The notes below the pieces were generated by a model. That model was not told where the DNA came from and made no database searches. It saw nothing but the letters and a program-made list of their open reading frames with translations. Positions 9,022 through 19,111 of a stretch of 64,000 nt of DNA are shown piece after piece. Each line of letters opens with the position of its first letter. Position 1 is the stretch's first letter. The DNA is from Thermomicrobiales bacterium (GTDB lineage: Bacteria > Chloroflexota > Chloroflexia > Thermomicrobiales > UBA6265): assembly GCA_965218235.1 (NCBI GenBank), contig OZ244595.1, positions 1,702,561 through 1,766,560 on the forward strand, given 5' to 3'. The position numbers and the translations under genes were made by a program.

Positions 9022-10137
9022 GTGCCGACCAGCAACGAGCGGCTCAGAGAGGCGAGCAGACAGATCGATGAGTGGATCCAGCCCAGCGGTGTGGCCGGCT
9101 GTGGGATCGCGATCGCCTACCGTGGCGAGATCGTCGCCGAGCGCTATGCGGGAGAGGCCCGGCCGGGAGTCGAGGTCTCGAAGTCGACCCTGTTCGGCCT
9201 GGCGTCCGTCACCAAGCCGGTTGCAGCAAGTGGCGTGCTGGCAGCCGCCGAGGACGGCTTCCTCAGCCTGGACGAACCGGTCGTCCGGCTGATGCCGGAG
9301 TTCCTGGAGGGAGCGAACGACATCGCCAATACTGACCAGCGGTCGGCCGTCACCTATCGACAGCTCCTTGGCCACACCGGCGGAGCGGCGGAGGATCTTG
9401 GCGCCCTGCGGGCATCCATCCCGGACGTTCCAAGCCTTGCCGAGTTGACGGCGGCTCACCTCCGCGCGCCGTCCGCCTTCGTGCCGGGAACGACGGTTTG
9501 CTACTCCAACACTGGCTACGCGATCCTCGCTGAGGGCGTTCAGCGAGCCGTGGGTGAAGAGTTCTGGGCCTACACCCGGCGACGAACGCTTGCCCACTCG
9601 GACCTTGGCGATATCCTCGCCCGTCCGGCGGCGGCCGAGCTTGATCGAATAGCGGTGCTGACCGACGCCGCCAACGCCGGGTCGCCAATCGAGAGCTACA
9701 ACAGCACGTGGTGGCGGGAACTGGCTTTGCCATGGGGCGGACTCTACGGAACGCCACGGGCGCTGGCGCTCTTCATCGCCGCGTTCCTCGACCCCGCCTC
9801 CGCCAGGGTCGGCCTCGGCTGGGCAGCCCGCTCCGCGATGACCCGCGATCAGGCGGCCGGCCTGCCCGGCGGCGTCAGCAGCGGCCGGGTCTGGTGGGAT
9901 TACGCGAGTTGGGGCCTCGGCTGGGAGGTCAAGGGGAACAAGCGACGCCACTGGTCGGGCGACCTGACGTCGGCGGAGTCGTTCTGCCATTTCGGCCAGG
10001 CCGGAACGCTCGTCTGGGCGGATCCCCGGCTGGACCTGGCCGTCGCGGTCTTCACCAACCGCTCCGTGACGAGGATGTGGGGGTTCATTCTGAGTCGCTG
10101 GGTCCGGCTCGCCAACGCGGTGGCCGCGGCGGTCTGA
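9022..10137 (+). CDS. serine hydrolase, beta-lactamase (class C / PBP-like) family
   Basis: SxxK active-site motif in LFGLASVTKPVAA, YSNTGY motif, and a length of about 370 aa. Confidence 0.75.
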   Translation: MPTSNERLREASRQIDEWIQPSGVAGCGIAIAYRGEIVAERYAGEARPGVEVSKSTLFGLASVTKPVAASGVLAAAEDGFLSLDEPVVRLMPEFLEGANDIANTDQRSAVTYRQLLGHTGGAAEDLGALRASIPDVPSLAELTAAHLRAPSAFVPGTTVCYSNTGYAILAEGVQRAVGEEFWAYTRRRTLAHSDLGDILARPAAAELDRIAVLTDAANAGSPIESYNSTWWRELALPWGGLYGTPRALALFIAAFLDPASARVGLGWAARSAMTRDQAAGLPGGVSSGRVWWDYASWGLGWEVKGNKRRHWSGDLTSAESFCHFGQAGTLVWADPRLDLAVAVFTNRSVTRMWGFILSRWVRLANAVAAAV

Positions 10138-10297
10138 CCATGACGTCCGGAGCAGTCCACGACGCCTCGGTTTCGTCTATCCTTCGACGACACCGCACAT
10201 TCCTGACGGCCGAGCCGTCGTTCCCCGCAGCGTTTTCCAGCCCCGTCCAATGCGACTGGACTGGCCCTGGTTGCTCATGCCTGTGGAGGGCTATCCC

Positions 10298-11569
10298 ATG
10301 CGGGAATCACGACGTGCGAGACAGCGAACCGATCGAATCTGGATGCGGTTCGGCGGACTCTCCCGCCGGGCGACGACCTGCCTTCTCGCCATGCTGCTGG
10401 CGATGGTCGTCGGCGTACCCCTGATCTCGGCGGCGGTCATCCTCGACGACGACCGAACGACGATCCGGGCCGAGCAGACCATCGACGAGGACGCCTACAT
10501 CTTCGGCAACGAGGTGACGTTCAACGGAACCGCGACGCGGGATATCGTCTCAGCCACGAACAGATTCGATCTCGGCGAAACCGCGCGGGTCGGCGGCAAT
10601 GTCAACGTTGCCGCCAACGATGTTCGGCTCGGCGGCGCGGTCGACCGCTCCGTCCGGGTCGCCGCCCGCGAGGTCGTCGTCACCGGCACGATCGGCGGTG
10701 ACCTCGTCGTCGCCGCCCAAACCGTCCGGATCGAGGCCGGCGCGCGGATCACTGGAGACCTGCTCATCGCGGCTCAGGAGGTGACCATCTTCGGGCAGAT
10801 CGGTGGCCAGATCCGCGGACAGGCCAACCAGCTCTCCCTGACCGATGCGACCGTTGGTCAGGATATCCTCGTCGCGGCCAACGGCTTGGAAGTGCGCGGC
10901 TCCAGCGTCGTCTCCGGCGCCATCCGAAATGAGAGCGACTCGGACGCATCCATCGCCGGCACCGCGACCGTCGCCGGGCCAGTGGAGCGCTCCGACCCGA
11001 GCGGCGTCTCCGCCGGCGGCTTCTCGGTCGGCGGCGGCGTAGGCTGGGGCATTGCCCGGCTCCTGTTCCTGCTGATGACCGGGCTGGTCGTCGTGCTCGT
11101 CGCGCCGGTCGCGTCCTCGGCGGTCGCCGACGGCGTCCGGCGGCGCTTCCCCACGACGCTGATCGCCGGAGTCGTGGCAATCGTCCTCGTGCCGCTGATC
11201 GCCACCTTGTTGCTGTTCACCCTGATCGGCATTCCCGTCTCGGTCGTCGCCTTCACGCTCTTTGCCGTCGCGCTCTACCTCAGCCAGGTCTTCGTCGGCC
11301 TCGCGATCGGCCGGGCGGTCCTGCCACGCGGCTGGCGATCCTACGGCCGGGGCTACAACATTCTGGCGATGGCGATCGGTGTCACCCTGATCGGCCTGCT
11401 CCGCCTGATCCCGATCCCGTTCATCGACCTGGTCCTCGCGATCGTGGTCGCGCTTCTCGGCCTCGGCGCCCTGTTCACCGCCACTCGGGACGTGCAGCGG
11501 ACGACCGGCCAGGCGTCGGTTGCCAGCGACTTCGGCGACCCCTACTACGGCGTTCCAACCCGGCCGTGA
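10298..11569 (+). CDS. membrane protein with bactofilin-like (polymer-forming, beta-helical) repeat domain and multi-TM C-terminus
   Basis: ATG at 10298 follows GGAGGG. N-terminal signal/anchor. About 10 short repeats of the type GG(D/N)(V/L)xVAAxxVxIxG. C-terminal hydrophobic spans. Confidence 0.55.
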   Translation: MRESRRARQRTDRIWMRFGGLSRRATTCLLAMLLAMVVGVPLISAAVILDDDRTTIRAEQTIDEDAYIFGNEVTFNGTATRDIVSATNRFDLGETARVGGNVNVAANDVRLGGAVDRSVRVAAREVVVTGTIGGDLVVAAQTVRIEAGARITGDLLIAAQEVTIFGQIGGQIRGQANQLSLTDATVGQDILVAANGLEVRGSSVVSGAIRNESDSDASIAGTATVAGPVERSDPSGVSAGGFSVGGGVGWGIARLLFLLMTGLVVVLVAPVASSAVADGVRRRFPTTLIAGVVAIVLVPLIATLLLFTLIGIPVSVVAFTLFAVALYLSQVFVGLAIGRAVLPRGWRSYGRGYNILAMAIGVTLIGLLRLIPIPFIDLVLAIVVALLGLGALFTATRDVQRTTGQASVASDFGDPYYGVPTRP

Positions 11570-11614
11570 ATCCTCGAGGTTGCTCCAGACTCAAGTCAGG
11601 AAATTCGACGACAC

Positions 11615-11645
11615 GAACGGCCTGGCAACTATTGCCAGGCCGTTC
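11615..11645. terminator. bidirectional terminator hairpin between convergent genes
   Basis: GAACGGCCTGGCA ... TGCCAGGCCGTTC, a perfect 13-14 bp stem. Confidence 0.6.
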
Positions 11646-11681
11646 CCGGTTCGTTGGAGATCAGCTCGATGTGTGAGCGTG

Positions 11682-11903
11682 CTACGCCTCGTTGACGATG
11701 GTGACGTTGATCGCCGATGGGCCCTTCTCGCGCTGACCGACCTGGTACTCGACCTTCTGGCCAGCCTCGAGCGAGGCGGCGCGATCAGCGACCGTCCGGA
11801 CAATCCCGCTCTTGTGGACATACATGAGGTTTCCGCCGGCGTCCGGCCGGATCCAGCCGCTGCCACGTCCCGCCGAGAAGACTTTGACTGTTCCCGTTGC
11901 CAT
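11682..11903 (-). CDS. cold-shock domain protein (CspA family)
   Basis: 73 aa. MATGTVKVFSAGRGSGWIRPDAGGNLMYVHKSGI... matches the GTVKWFNxxKGFGFI pattern. SD GGAGTGAG upstream. Confidence 0.8.
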   Translation of the reverse strand: MATGTVKVFSAGRGSGWIRPDAGGNLMYVHKSGIVRTVADRAASLEAGQKVEYQVGQREKGPSAINVTIVNEA

Positions 11904-12034
11904 CTATCTCACTCCAGACCGCTGCCCTGATTGCCGGGCACGGCGTTCTTCCGGCCACGGGCCGGTTCATCCCGCGAACGATACCACATGCCGCCGCCAG
12001 GCTGGTCGCTGTTCGGCCGTTCACGCCGCCGAGA

Positions 12035-12484
12035 TCAGGCAAGATCGCGTGGACCAAATGCCATCGGCAGCAGCGCCGAGAGGGTCGTTGTCTGATAGCC
12101 GTCCTCCGACTCCAGGACGACCGTCATCTCCCCCTCGGCCGGAGCGAACTCGTTGAGGACCTGGCGGCAGGCGCCACACGGAGACGCCCGCGGCGCCTTC
12201 GGGGCAGCGATGGCAATCGCGACGATTTCCCGGTGCCCCGCCAGCGCGGCCGCGAAGGCCGCGGTCCGCTCAGCGCAGACCGTCAGCCCGTAGCTCGCGT
12301 TCTCGACATTGGCGCCAGTGAACAGTTCTCCCGACGCCGTCAGCAAGGCCGCCCCCACCGGGAAGTGCGAATACGGGACATAGGCGGCGGCGGCCGCTTC
12401 CCGCGCCCTGGCAAGCAGGAACGGATCGCGGTTCGAAGGGTCTGATCCCTCTTCCTTGGTCGACGTCGATGGAGCGTCCGTCAT
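12035..12484 (-). CDS. cdd: cytidine deaminase
   Basis: Motifs PYSHFPVGAAL, CAERTA and PCGACRQ. The ATG at 12484 gives a protein of typical size. Confidence 0.85.
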   Translation of the reverse strand: MTDAPSTSTKEEGSDPSNRDPFLLARAREAAAAAYVPYSHFPVGAALLTASGELFTGANVENASYGLTVCAERTAAFAAALAGHREIVAIAIAAPKAPRASPCGACRQVLNEFAPAEGEMTVVLESEDGYQTTTLSALLPMAFGPRDLA

Positions 12485-12627
12485 CTGGTTGGTTCCTTGT
12501 GTCGACTCTGGCCGGGCCAAGCGAACCCGGCCGACCACTAGCTCCCTGAACGTCGGCTGGTAGGATGATGCACCGCTTCTGATATCGCCGCCCGGCGGCG
12601 TCACTCGCCTTCGACCACGGGACAGGG

Positions 12628-13395
12628 ATGACTTCCTCACCAGACGACACGCTTGACCTGCTCGCCGCCCGATTCATCATCAACACCCTCTCGCTTGACC
12701 TCATCCCGGAGGTGCTCGTCCCAACCCTGAACCGAATCGAGCGGGACGACCACACGGCCGTCTACGCCGTGCAGCTCGACTCCTCGGTCGGTCCGGCGGC
12801 CTTCCTGATCTACGGCTACGAGACCAGCCTGACCGGTCAGCGCGGGAAGAATAGCCAGCAGCGTCACGCCACAGATGTTCGAACCCTCGAGGTCGCCCAG
12901 TCACGCAACGTCCCAGGACCGCGGCTGATTGCTTCCGGCGATCTCGGCGGCAACCGGTTCATCCTGGCGACGGACCCGCAGACCTTCGCCGCCCTTGCCG
13001 GCGTCGAGGCGGGGACTAACACGGCCACGGACACCGAGCGGGAGCGCGAGCCGGCGGAGCTCCGGCGGGACGCGGCCGGTCAGCTCGTCACACTGCTGCG
13101 CGACGCCGACCGCCAGGCCGGCCGCTGGCTCCGGGCTGTCGATCGCCAGGAGACCGCTTCTACTTCAGGACCGGCACCGCTCGCCTTCGACGACGTCGAG
13201 ACGGAACTGGCGCTCTGTCTGCTCGGCCCCGATGGCATCCGGAACGTTCTGACGCTCGCCAGTCGCGTCCTCGAATCCGCCCAGGCGGCGAATGACGCGG
13301 CCGGTTCCGAACCGAGCCAGTCGCCCCAGCTGGCTGAACCGACGCCGATCGAGACCGCCCGTGGTTCCCGACCGCTCAATCCCGAGCGAACCTAG
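12628..13395 (+). CDS. hypothetical protein
   Basis: The ORF has protein-like composition and high third-position GC. No motif recognised. Confidence 0.5.
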   Translation: MTSSPDDTLDLLAARFIINTLSLDLIPEVLVPTLNRIERDDHTAVYAVQLDSSVGPAAFLIYGYETSLTGQRGKNSQQRHATDVRTLEVAQSRNVPGPRLIASGDLGGNRFILATDPQTFAALAGVEAGTNTATDTEREREPAELRRDAAGQLVTLLRDADRQAGRWLRAVDRQETASTSGPAPLAFDDVETELALCLLGPDGIRNVLTLASRVLESAQAANDAAGSEPSQSPQLAEPTPIETARGSRPLNPERT

Positions 13396-13398
13396 CGT

Positions 13399-13890
13399 CT
13401 ACTCGCTGTCGAACCCACCGTACCGCTCGGACCACTCCAGCGACTGCGCATCCGACACCCGGATGAATTGCGCTGTCGCGTCGGCAACCACCTGGCCCGT
13501 CCCGGCGTCCAGGATCTCGGCCACGACATCGACCAGCCGGCCCCGCGATGTGACCACCCAGCCGTTTGCCCGGTAGGCCCGACCGACGTGGACCGGTTGC
13601 CGGAACCGCACCGTCAGCCGGGCGGTCATTCCCCAGATCTGCTGGGCGTAGCAGGACCAGGCCATCACCTCGTCACAAACCGTCGAGACCAGGCCGCCGT
13701 GAACCATCCCGACGTACCCCTCGTTAGTCGCGGTCGGTGTCCAGTCGGTGTAGACACCGCCCTCCGGACCGTCTCGCCGGAAGAATTTCAGCCGGAGTCC
13801 GTGCGGGTTCTGCTCTCCACAGCCGAAGCATTGGTGATCGGCGGCGCGGTTCAGCGGCGCCTCGTCTCGCGTTGCGGTCATCTCTGCCAT
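13399..13890 (-). CDS. PaaI-family (hotdog fold) thioesterase
   Basis: CFGCGEQNPHGLRLKF and GMVHGGLVSTVCDEVM are typical of PaaI-like thioesterases. ATG at 13890 follows GGAAGGGG. Confidence 0.7.
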   Translation of the reverse strand: MAEMTATRDEAPLNRAADHQCFGCGEQNPHGLRLKFFRRDGPEGGVYTDWTPTATNEGYVGMVHGGLVSTVCDEVMAWSCYAQQIWGMTARLTVRFRQPVHVGRAYRANGWVVTSRGRLVDVVAEILDAGTGQVVADATAQFIRVSDAQSLEWSERYGGFDSE

Positions 13891-14191
13891 CCCCTTCCGG
13901 CCGGTCGAACCGGGCGCCAACGATAATACTCCGCCAATCGTCACGGCTCGGCGCGAGCCCGGCATTGCGGATCGGACGACGCCTCTGGCACAATCAGGCG
14001 TCACACCGCACGGCTGACACGGTTTTCGCGACCGCCGGGAACGGCGCTCCGCCGCACGAGGAACACGCATCATGGCTGACGGGCCGCACATCTCCGGACC
14101 ATCCATCGCCTCACCGCGTCTCGCGGTCGATGCGGTGGCAACGGGCGGGGGACAGCTGGCGGCAGCCACATCCCCGAGCCGGCATGGCTGG

Positions 14192-16834
14192 ATGAGCGCC
14201 CGTGCGATCAGTCAGGCGTTCACGGCGTTCTTCGTCGAGCGCCAGCATCAATCCGTGCCCAGCTCTCCACTCGTACCTATCAACGACCCGACCGTGCTGC
14301 TGACCACGGCCGGCATGCAGCAGATGACGCCGTATTTCCTCGGACTCGAGTCGCCGCCGGCAAGCCGAATGTGCTCCGTTCAGAAGTGCTTCCGGACGGT
14401 CGACATCGACGAGGTCGGCGACGAGTCGCACAACACCTTCTTCTTCATGCTCGGCAACTTCTCGGTTGGCGACTACTTCAAGACCGATTCGCTCCGTTGG
14501 AGCTGGGAGTTCCTCACCCAGACGATGGGTCTACCCGAGGACCGTCTGTACCCGACGATCCACCCGGACGACGAAGAGTCGTTCCGGATCTGGCGCGACG
14601 AGATTGGCGTGGCGGCCCAGCGGATCGTGTCTCTCTCGGACAACTGGTGGGGACCGGTCGGCAACAGCGGGCCGAACGGCCCCGACTCCGAAATCTACTT
14701 CGACCTCGGCGACGCCTTCGACGACGGCTCGGGCACCGGAGTCGGCGACAACCCGCGCTATCTCGAAGTCTGGAACAACGTCTTCATGCAGTTCCTCCGG
14801 GCGCCCGACGGCAGCCGCACGCCCCTCCCCCGCGTCCACGTCGACACCGGGATGGGCCTCGAGCGGCTGACGATGGTCATGCAGGGAGCCCGCTCGATCT
14901 ACGACACGGACCTGTATCAGCCGCTGATCCAGCGGGCGGCCGAACTCACCGGGCACGCTTATGGGGTAAACCCCGAGATCGACCGTGCGCTCCGGATCAT
15001 CGCCGACCACTCCCGCGGCGGGACCTTCCTGATCTCCGACGGCGTCCTGCCGGGCAACGAAGGCCGAGGGTACGTCCTGCGCCGCATCCTTCGCCGGGCG
15101 ATCCGGGCCGGTCGGCGGAGCGGGATCGAACGCCCGTTCCTTGCCGAAATGGCCGCGATCGTGATCGACGCCTTCGGAGACGAGTACCCGAACCTCCTCA
15201 CCCGGCGGCGCCAGATCGAGCGGGTTCTGGCCCACGAGGAGGAGTCGTTCGGCCGGACGTTGAACGCTGGCATCGGCCGCTTCCAGACCCTCGCCGAAGG
15301 TCTCCGGGAGCGACACGAGACCGTCGTTCCCGGCGACGAGGCGTTCCGGCTCTACGACACCTTCGGGTTCCCCTATGACCTGACCGTCGAACTGGCCCGG
15401 GAGCAGGGCTTCGACATTGATCAAAAGGGGTTTGATGAAGCGATGGCGATCCAGCGGACCACGTCCCGGGCCGGTGGGATGTTCAGCGACGTCGCGAAAG
15501 GCCGGTCCGACCTCTATGTCCAACTCGCCTCCGGCCGGCTGACCGAGTTCCTCGGCTACGACCCCGAGTTGACCTCGGCGACCAGCACCATCCTCGGCAT
15601 GGCCAGTCCGGACGGCACGATTCAGATCGCCGAGGCCGGGAACGCGGTCGAGATCGTGCTCGATCGAACCCCGTTCTACGCCGAGTCCGGCGGCCAGGTG
15701 GGTGACACCGGCGAGATCCGGACCGAGGATGGCCTCGTCCGGATCGACGAGACGTCCCGCCCGGTCCCCGATGTCTTCGTCCACCGGGGCGTCGTCACCG
15801 AGGGCTTCGTCCGGACCGGCGACGAGGCGCTCGCGACGATCGACGCCGAACGCCGTCAGGCCATCCGGCGCAACCACACCGCCACACATCTCCTGCATCG
15901 TGCTTTGCGGCTCGTCCTTGGGGAGGAGACGCATCAGGCCGGCTCGCTGGTCGCCCCGGACCGGCTGCGGTTCGACTTCACGAGCGTCGCCGGGATCGAG
16001 CCCGAGCAGGTCCGCCGCGTCGCCGGGATCGCCAACCAGCAGGTGATCGCCGACACCGCCGTCGAGACCGTGGTGTCGTCGTACGACGATGCAGTCGCCC
16101 AGGGCGCGATGGCCCTCTTCGGCGAGAAGTACGGCGATGTCGTGCGCATGGTGGGCGTCGGCGATTTCAGCCGTGAGCTCTGCGGTGGCACGCATGTCCA
16201 GCGGACCGGTGAGATCGGGCCGATCGTGATTACGTCCGAGGCGAGCGTTGCCTCCGGTGTCCGCCGGATCGAGGCGCTGACTGGTGCCGCCGCGCTCGAC
16301 CGGATCGCCGATGAGCAGCGGGTGGTCGACACCCTCGCCCGCGACCTCCGGGCGAGCCGCGAGGCAGTGCCGGAGAGCGTCAATGCTCTTCGGGACCGTT
16401 CGCGGGAGCTGGAGCGGGAGATCGAGCGGCTGCGGGGCGAGTTGGCTGGCACGCAGGTCGATGGCCTGCTGGACCGGGCCGAGCTCATCGGGAGCAGTGG
16501 TGCCCGGCTGATCGCGACGCGGATCGAGGTCGACGAGAAGGCCGCCCTCCGAAAGATCGGCGACCGGCTCCGGGACCGGCTCGGATCCGGTATCGTCATC
16601 CTCGGAACCGCCGTCGATGGCAGCCCGAGTCTCATCGCGATGGTCACGCCGGACCTCGTCGCCAGCGGCGTCCGGGCCGGTGACATCATCCGGCTGGCGG
16701 CGCCCGTCATGGAAGGTCGTGGCGGAGGGCGGCCCGATCTCGCCGAAGCTGGCGGCAAGCTGCCGGAGAAGCTCGATGCTGCCATCTCAGCGGCTCAGGC
16801 GGCCGCCTCGGAGGCGATCGCCAGCAACGGTTGA
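14192..16834 (+). CDS. alaS: alanine--tRNA ligase
   Basis: N-terminus MSARAISQAFTAFFVERQHQSVPSSPLVP mirrors the AlaRS start. FFFMLGNFS motif, HTATHLLH editing-domain motif and C-terminal DHHA1-like GGGRPDLAEAGG. The ORF is open from 14072. Confidence 0.95.
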   Translation: MSARAISQAFTAFFVERQHQSVPSSPLVPINDPTVLLTTAGMQQMTPYFLGLESPPASRMCSVQKCFRTVDIDEVGDESHNTFFFMLGNFSVGDYFKTDSLRWSWEFLTQTMGLPEDRLYPTIHPDDEESFRIWRDEIGVAAQRIVSLSDNWWGPVGNSGPNGPDSEIYFDLGDAFDDGSGTGVGDNPRYLEVWNNVFMQFLRAPDGSRTPLPRVHVDTGMGLERLTMVMQGARSIYDTDLYQPLIQRAAELTGHAYGVNPEIDRALRIIADHSRGGTFLISDGVLPGNEGRGYVLRRILRRAIRAGRRSGIERPFLAEMAAIVIDAFGDEYPNLLTRRRQIERVLAHEEESFGRTLNAGIGRFQTLAEGLRERHETVVPGDEAFRLYDTFGFPYDLTVELAREQGFDIDQKGFDEAMAIQRTTSRAGGMFSDVAKGRSDLYVQLASGRLTEFLGYDPELTSATSTILGMASPDGTIQIAEAGNAVEIVLDRTPFYAESGGQVGDTGEIRTEDGLVRIDETSRPVPDVFVHRGVVTEGFVRTGDEALATIDAERRQAIRRNHTATHLLHRALRLVLGEETHQAGSLVAPDRLRFDFTSVAGIEPEQVRRVAGIANQQVIADTAVETVVSSYDDAVAQGAMALFGEKYGDVVRMVGVGDFSRELCGGTHVQRTGEIGPIVITSEASVASGVRRIEALTGAAALDRIADEQRVVDTLARDLRASREAVPESVNALRDRSRELEREIERLRGELAGTQVDGLLDRAELIGSSGARLIATRIEVDEKAALRKIGDRLRDRLGSGIVILGTAVDGSPSLIAMVTPDLVASGVRAGDIIRLAAPVMEGRGGGRPDLAEAGGKLPEKLDAAISAAQAAASEAIASNG

Positions 16835-17119
16835 CCGTCCCGGTGAACAGGAGAAGGCTGTCCGCCTCGACATGGTCCAATCGGCTATGGTCTGGGAGCG
16901 CACTGGAAGCCGGACGATGGTCCATCGCCAGTCCGTCCCGGAAGGGTCCGGTTGAATGACAAAGTGGCCGACGCAATGGGCCGGGATCGCGGTGCCGATC
17001 ACGCGTCGTCCGAAGGAGCCCACGCCGCCACCATCGCCGTCGTTCGGCCGGACCCCAGGAGGGACCGGCACCACCGCCGGTCCGTGGGAACCCCTTATTG
17101 CTCCGCGTTACGGTGAGGA

Positions 17120-19111
17120 ATGCTCGCGCCCATGCCACTCTTCGAGAACCCACGACGTGAGACCACCGTCGTGGTCACGATCTACGAGTCCCTGGTGGAT
17201 GTCCTGACCCGGCTCCGATCTCATGCCAATGGTGTGGTCCTGCTTGAGATTCCCGACGGTTCGCCGTTATTCCTCACGTCGTCGGAGTTCCGGTCGCTCC
17301 GCGAGGTTGCCCAGCAGCGCCGGATCGCACTGACAATCATCTCCGACGATCCGCTTCGGGTTCAGCTGGCGTCGGTCTTCAACCTCTCGATCATCGGTAG
17401 CGACGAGACGGTACTTGCTCAGACGACTCCACCCCCAGTCCTCTCCGGAGTGTCCCGGTCCCCGGACCCTCCCCCTGTTCCTTCCTGGTCCCGGGAGGGA
17501 TTGCCACCGCTGCCCGACGAGGCCCCGCGGCTTCGACGGCCAGAACGCGAACCGGGCACCCCACCATCTGGTCCGCGGGAGCTATCGCAACGCGAGCGAC
17601 GCATCTGGCCGGAGGGCCGTCCGTCCTCAGCCCCGAGTCCGGTTCCCAACCGTTCCCTGCCACCTGAGCCTGACGACGCCGACGACGAGGACGACGAGCG
17701 GTCGCCTCGGGGCATGACGACCCGCCAGGGGCCAAGTTCTGCCCCCCGAGGCGCTGACGGCTCCCCACTTCGCTGGCCGGAAAACTCCTTTCCAGAGCGA
17801 CCCGGTCGCGGAGGTGTCCGTCCTGACACCAGTGGTCGCGTTGACGGTCGGTCCGGGACCCGTCGTTGGCGAAATCCAGGTGACGCGACGGTCGATGGCT
17901 TTCCGCCCGACGACCGGGTCCAGGAGAAGCCGACGGGGATGGCTCGCCCCACCCGGCTCTCGGGGCGGGGGCTGCTCGGGGTGATCGGCGCGGCGATCGC
18001 CACGGTCCTGTTCATCACCCTCGTGCTGGGCATCTTCGTGCTGTCGTCCGCGAGCGTGACGCTCGCCCTGGAATCAGGCCGCGTCAACGGGACCGTCGAT
18101 TGCGAGATCGTCGCGCCGGGCGAAAGCGGGAATGCGTCCGTCGTGATCCAGGGTGAACGAACGGTGTTCGATGTCAGCTACACCGGGTCGGTTCCGACGA
18201 CCGGAACGCGGGCCGTCCCCGACGCGAGCGCAACCGGCCGGGTTCGCTTCAGCAATCCGACCGACCAGAACGCAACCATCGCGGCCGGGACCGAACTCAT
18301 GGCCCATGGTGGCCAGACTTACCGGGTCGCCAGCGACGTGACGGTGGCGGCCGGCAACGCCGCGCTCGGCCAGTTCGGCTCCGGCGAAGCGGTGGCCGAA
18401 GCGGTCAATCCCGGCACGGCCGGGAATCTCGCTGTGGGGCAAGTCGCCGGCAAACTGGACAACGGCGTCTTCTACAGCAACCGGGATGCGCCGATGGCGG
18501 GTGGAACGGACAGGGAAATCAAGACCGTCCAGCCGACCGATGTGCAGACGCTCCACGCTTCGGCCAGCGAGCAGCTACGGCAGATAGCCGCTACTGGGAA
18601 TGGGGGGAACCTCGACCCGGACACGCAGGTTGTCCCGGCGACGGTCGAGCTGAGCGAACCCGCCTACACCGACGACCTGCAGGCCGGTGACGACGGCGAC
18701 CAGGTCTCGACGACCGCCACCGCCACCGCGACGGTCCTGACCTACAGCAACCGTGACTTGCGTCTCCAGGCGACCGATGCGCTGATCCCCGTCCTGAGCG
18801 CCCAGCTCACCCCTGGTCTCCAGTTGAGCGAGTCGACCGTCAAGTTGACGGCACAGGGGACCCCCAGCGAGCAGACGGCGCGGGGAGCGAGTTTCGAGGT
18901 CTCCGGTGTCGCCAATACCACCGCTTCCCTGAGCGACGAGGAGGCCCAGGCACTGGCCGACGAACTGGCCGGATCCAGCGCATCCGACGTCAATTCGATC
19001 CTGACGGCGAACGAGCGGATCTCCTCCTACGACGTGACCTATTCGCCCGGCTGGTTGCCCGATCGCATGCCGAACTCGGCCGACCGTATCGATATCACGG
19101 TGCGGCAGTGA
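17120..19111 (+). CDS. hypothetical single-pass membrane protein (N-terminal cytoplasmic domain, Pro/Arg-rich linker, TM, large C-terminal domain)
   Basis: 663-aa ORF. TM span LLGVIGAAIATVLFITLVLGIFVL. The C-terminal part (VRFSNPTDQNATIAAGTELMAHGGQTYRVASDVTV...) is reminiscent of baseplate-J/gp47-like domains, from memory only. Confidence 0.6.
   Translation: MLAPMPLFENPRRETTVVVTIYESLVDVLTRLRSHANGVVLLEIPDGSPLFLTSSEFRSLREVAQQRRIALTIISDDPLRVQLASVFNLSIIGSDETVLAQTTPPPVLSGVSRSPDPPPVPSWSREGLPPLPDEAPRLRRPEREPGTPPSGPRELSQRERRIWPEGRPSSAPSPVPNRSLPPEPDDADDEDDERSPRGMTTRQGPSSAPRGADGSPLRWPENSFPERPGRGGVRPDTSGRVDGRSGTRRWRNPGDATVDGFPPDDRVQEKPTGMARPTRLSGRGLLGVIGAAIATVLFITLVLGIFVLSSASVTLALESGRVNGTVDCEIVAPGESGNASVVIQGERTVFDVSYTGSVPTTGTRAVPDASATGRVRFSNPTDQNATIAAGTELMAHGGQTYRVASDVTVAAGNAALGQFGSGEAVAEAVNPGTAGNLAVGQVAGKLDNGVFYSNRDAPMAGGTDREIKTVQPTDVQTLHASASEQLRQIAATGNGGNLDPDTQVVPATVELSEPAYTDDLQAGDDGDQVSTTATATATVLTYSNRDLRLQATDALIPVLSAQLTPGLQLSESTVKLTAQGTPSEQTARGASFEVSGVANTTASLSDEEAQALADELAGSSASDVNSILTANERISSYDVTYSPGWLPDRMPNSADRIDITVRQ

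Noticed and set aside
14531-16785. ORFs 14531..16195 (-), 15934..16785 (-) and 14371..15378 (+)
   Set aside because: They overlap alaS in antisense or alternative frames. Arg/Pro/Ser-rich translations with no domain signatures.
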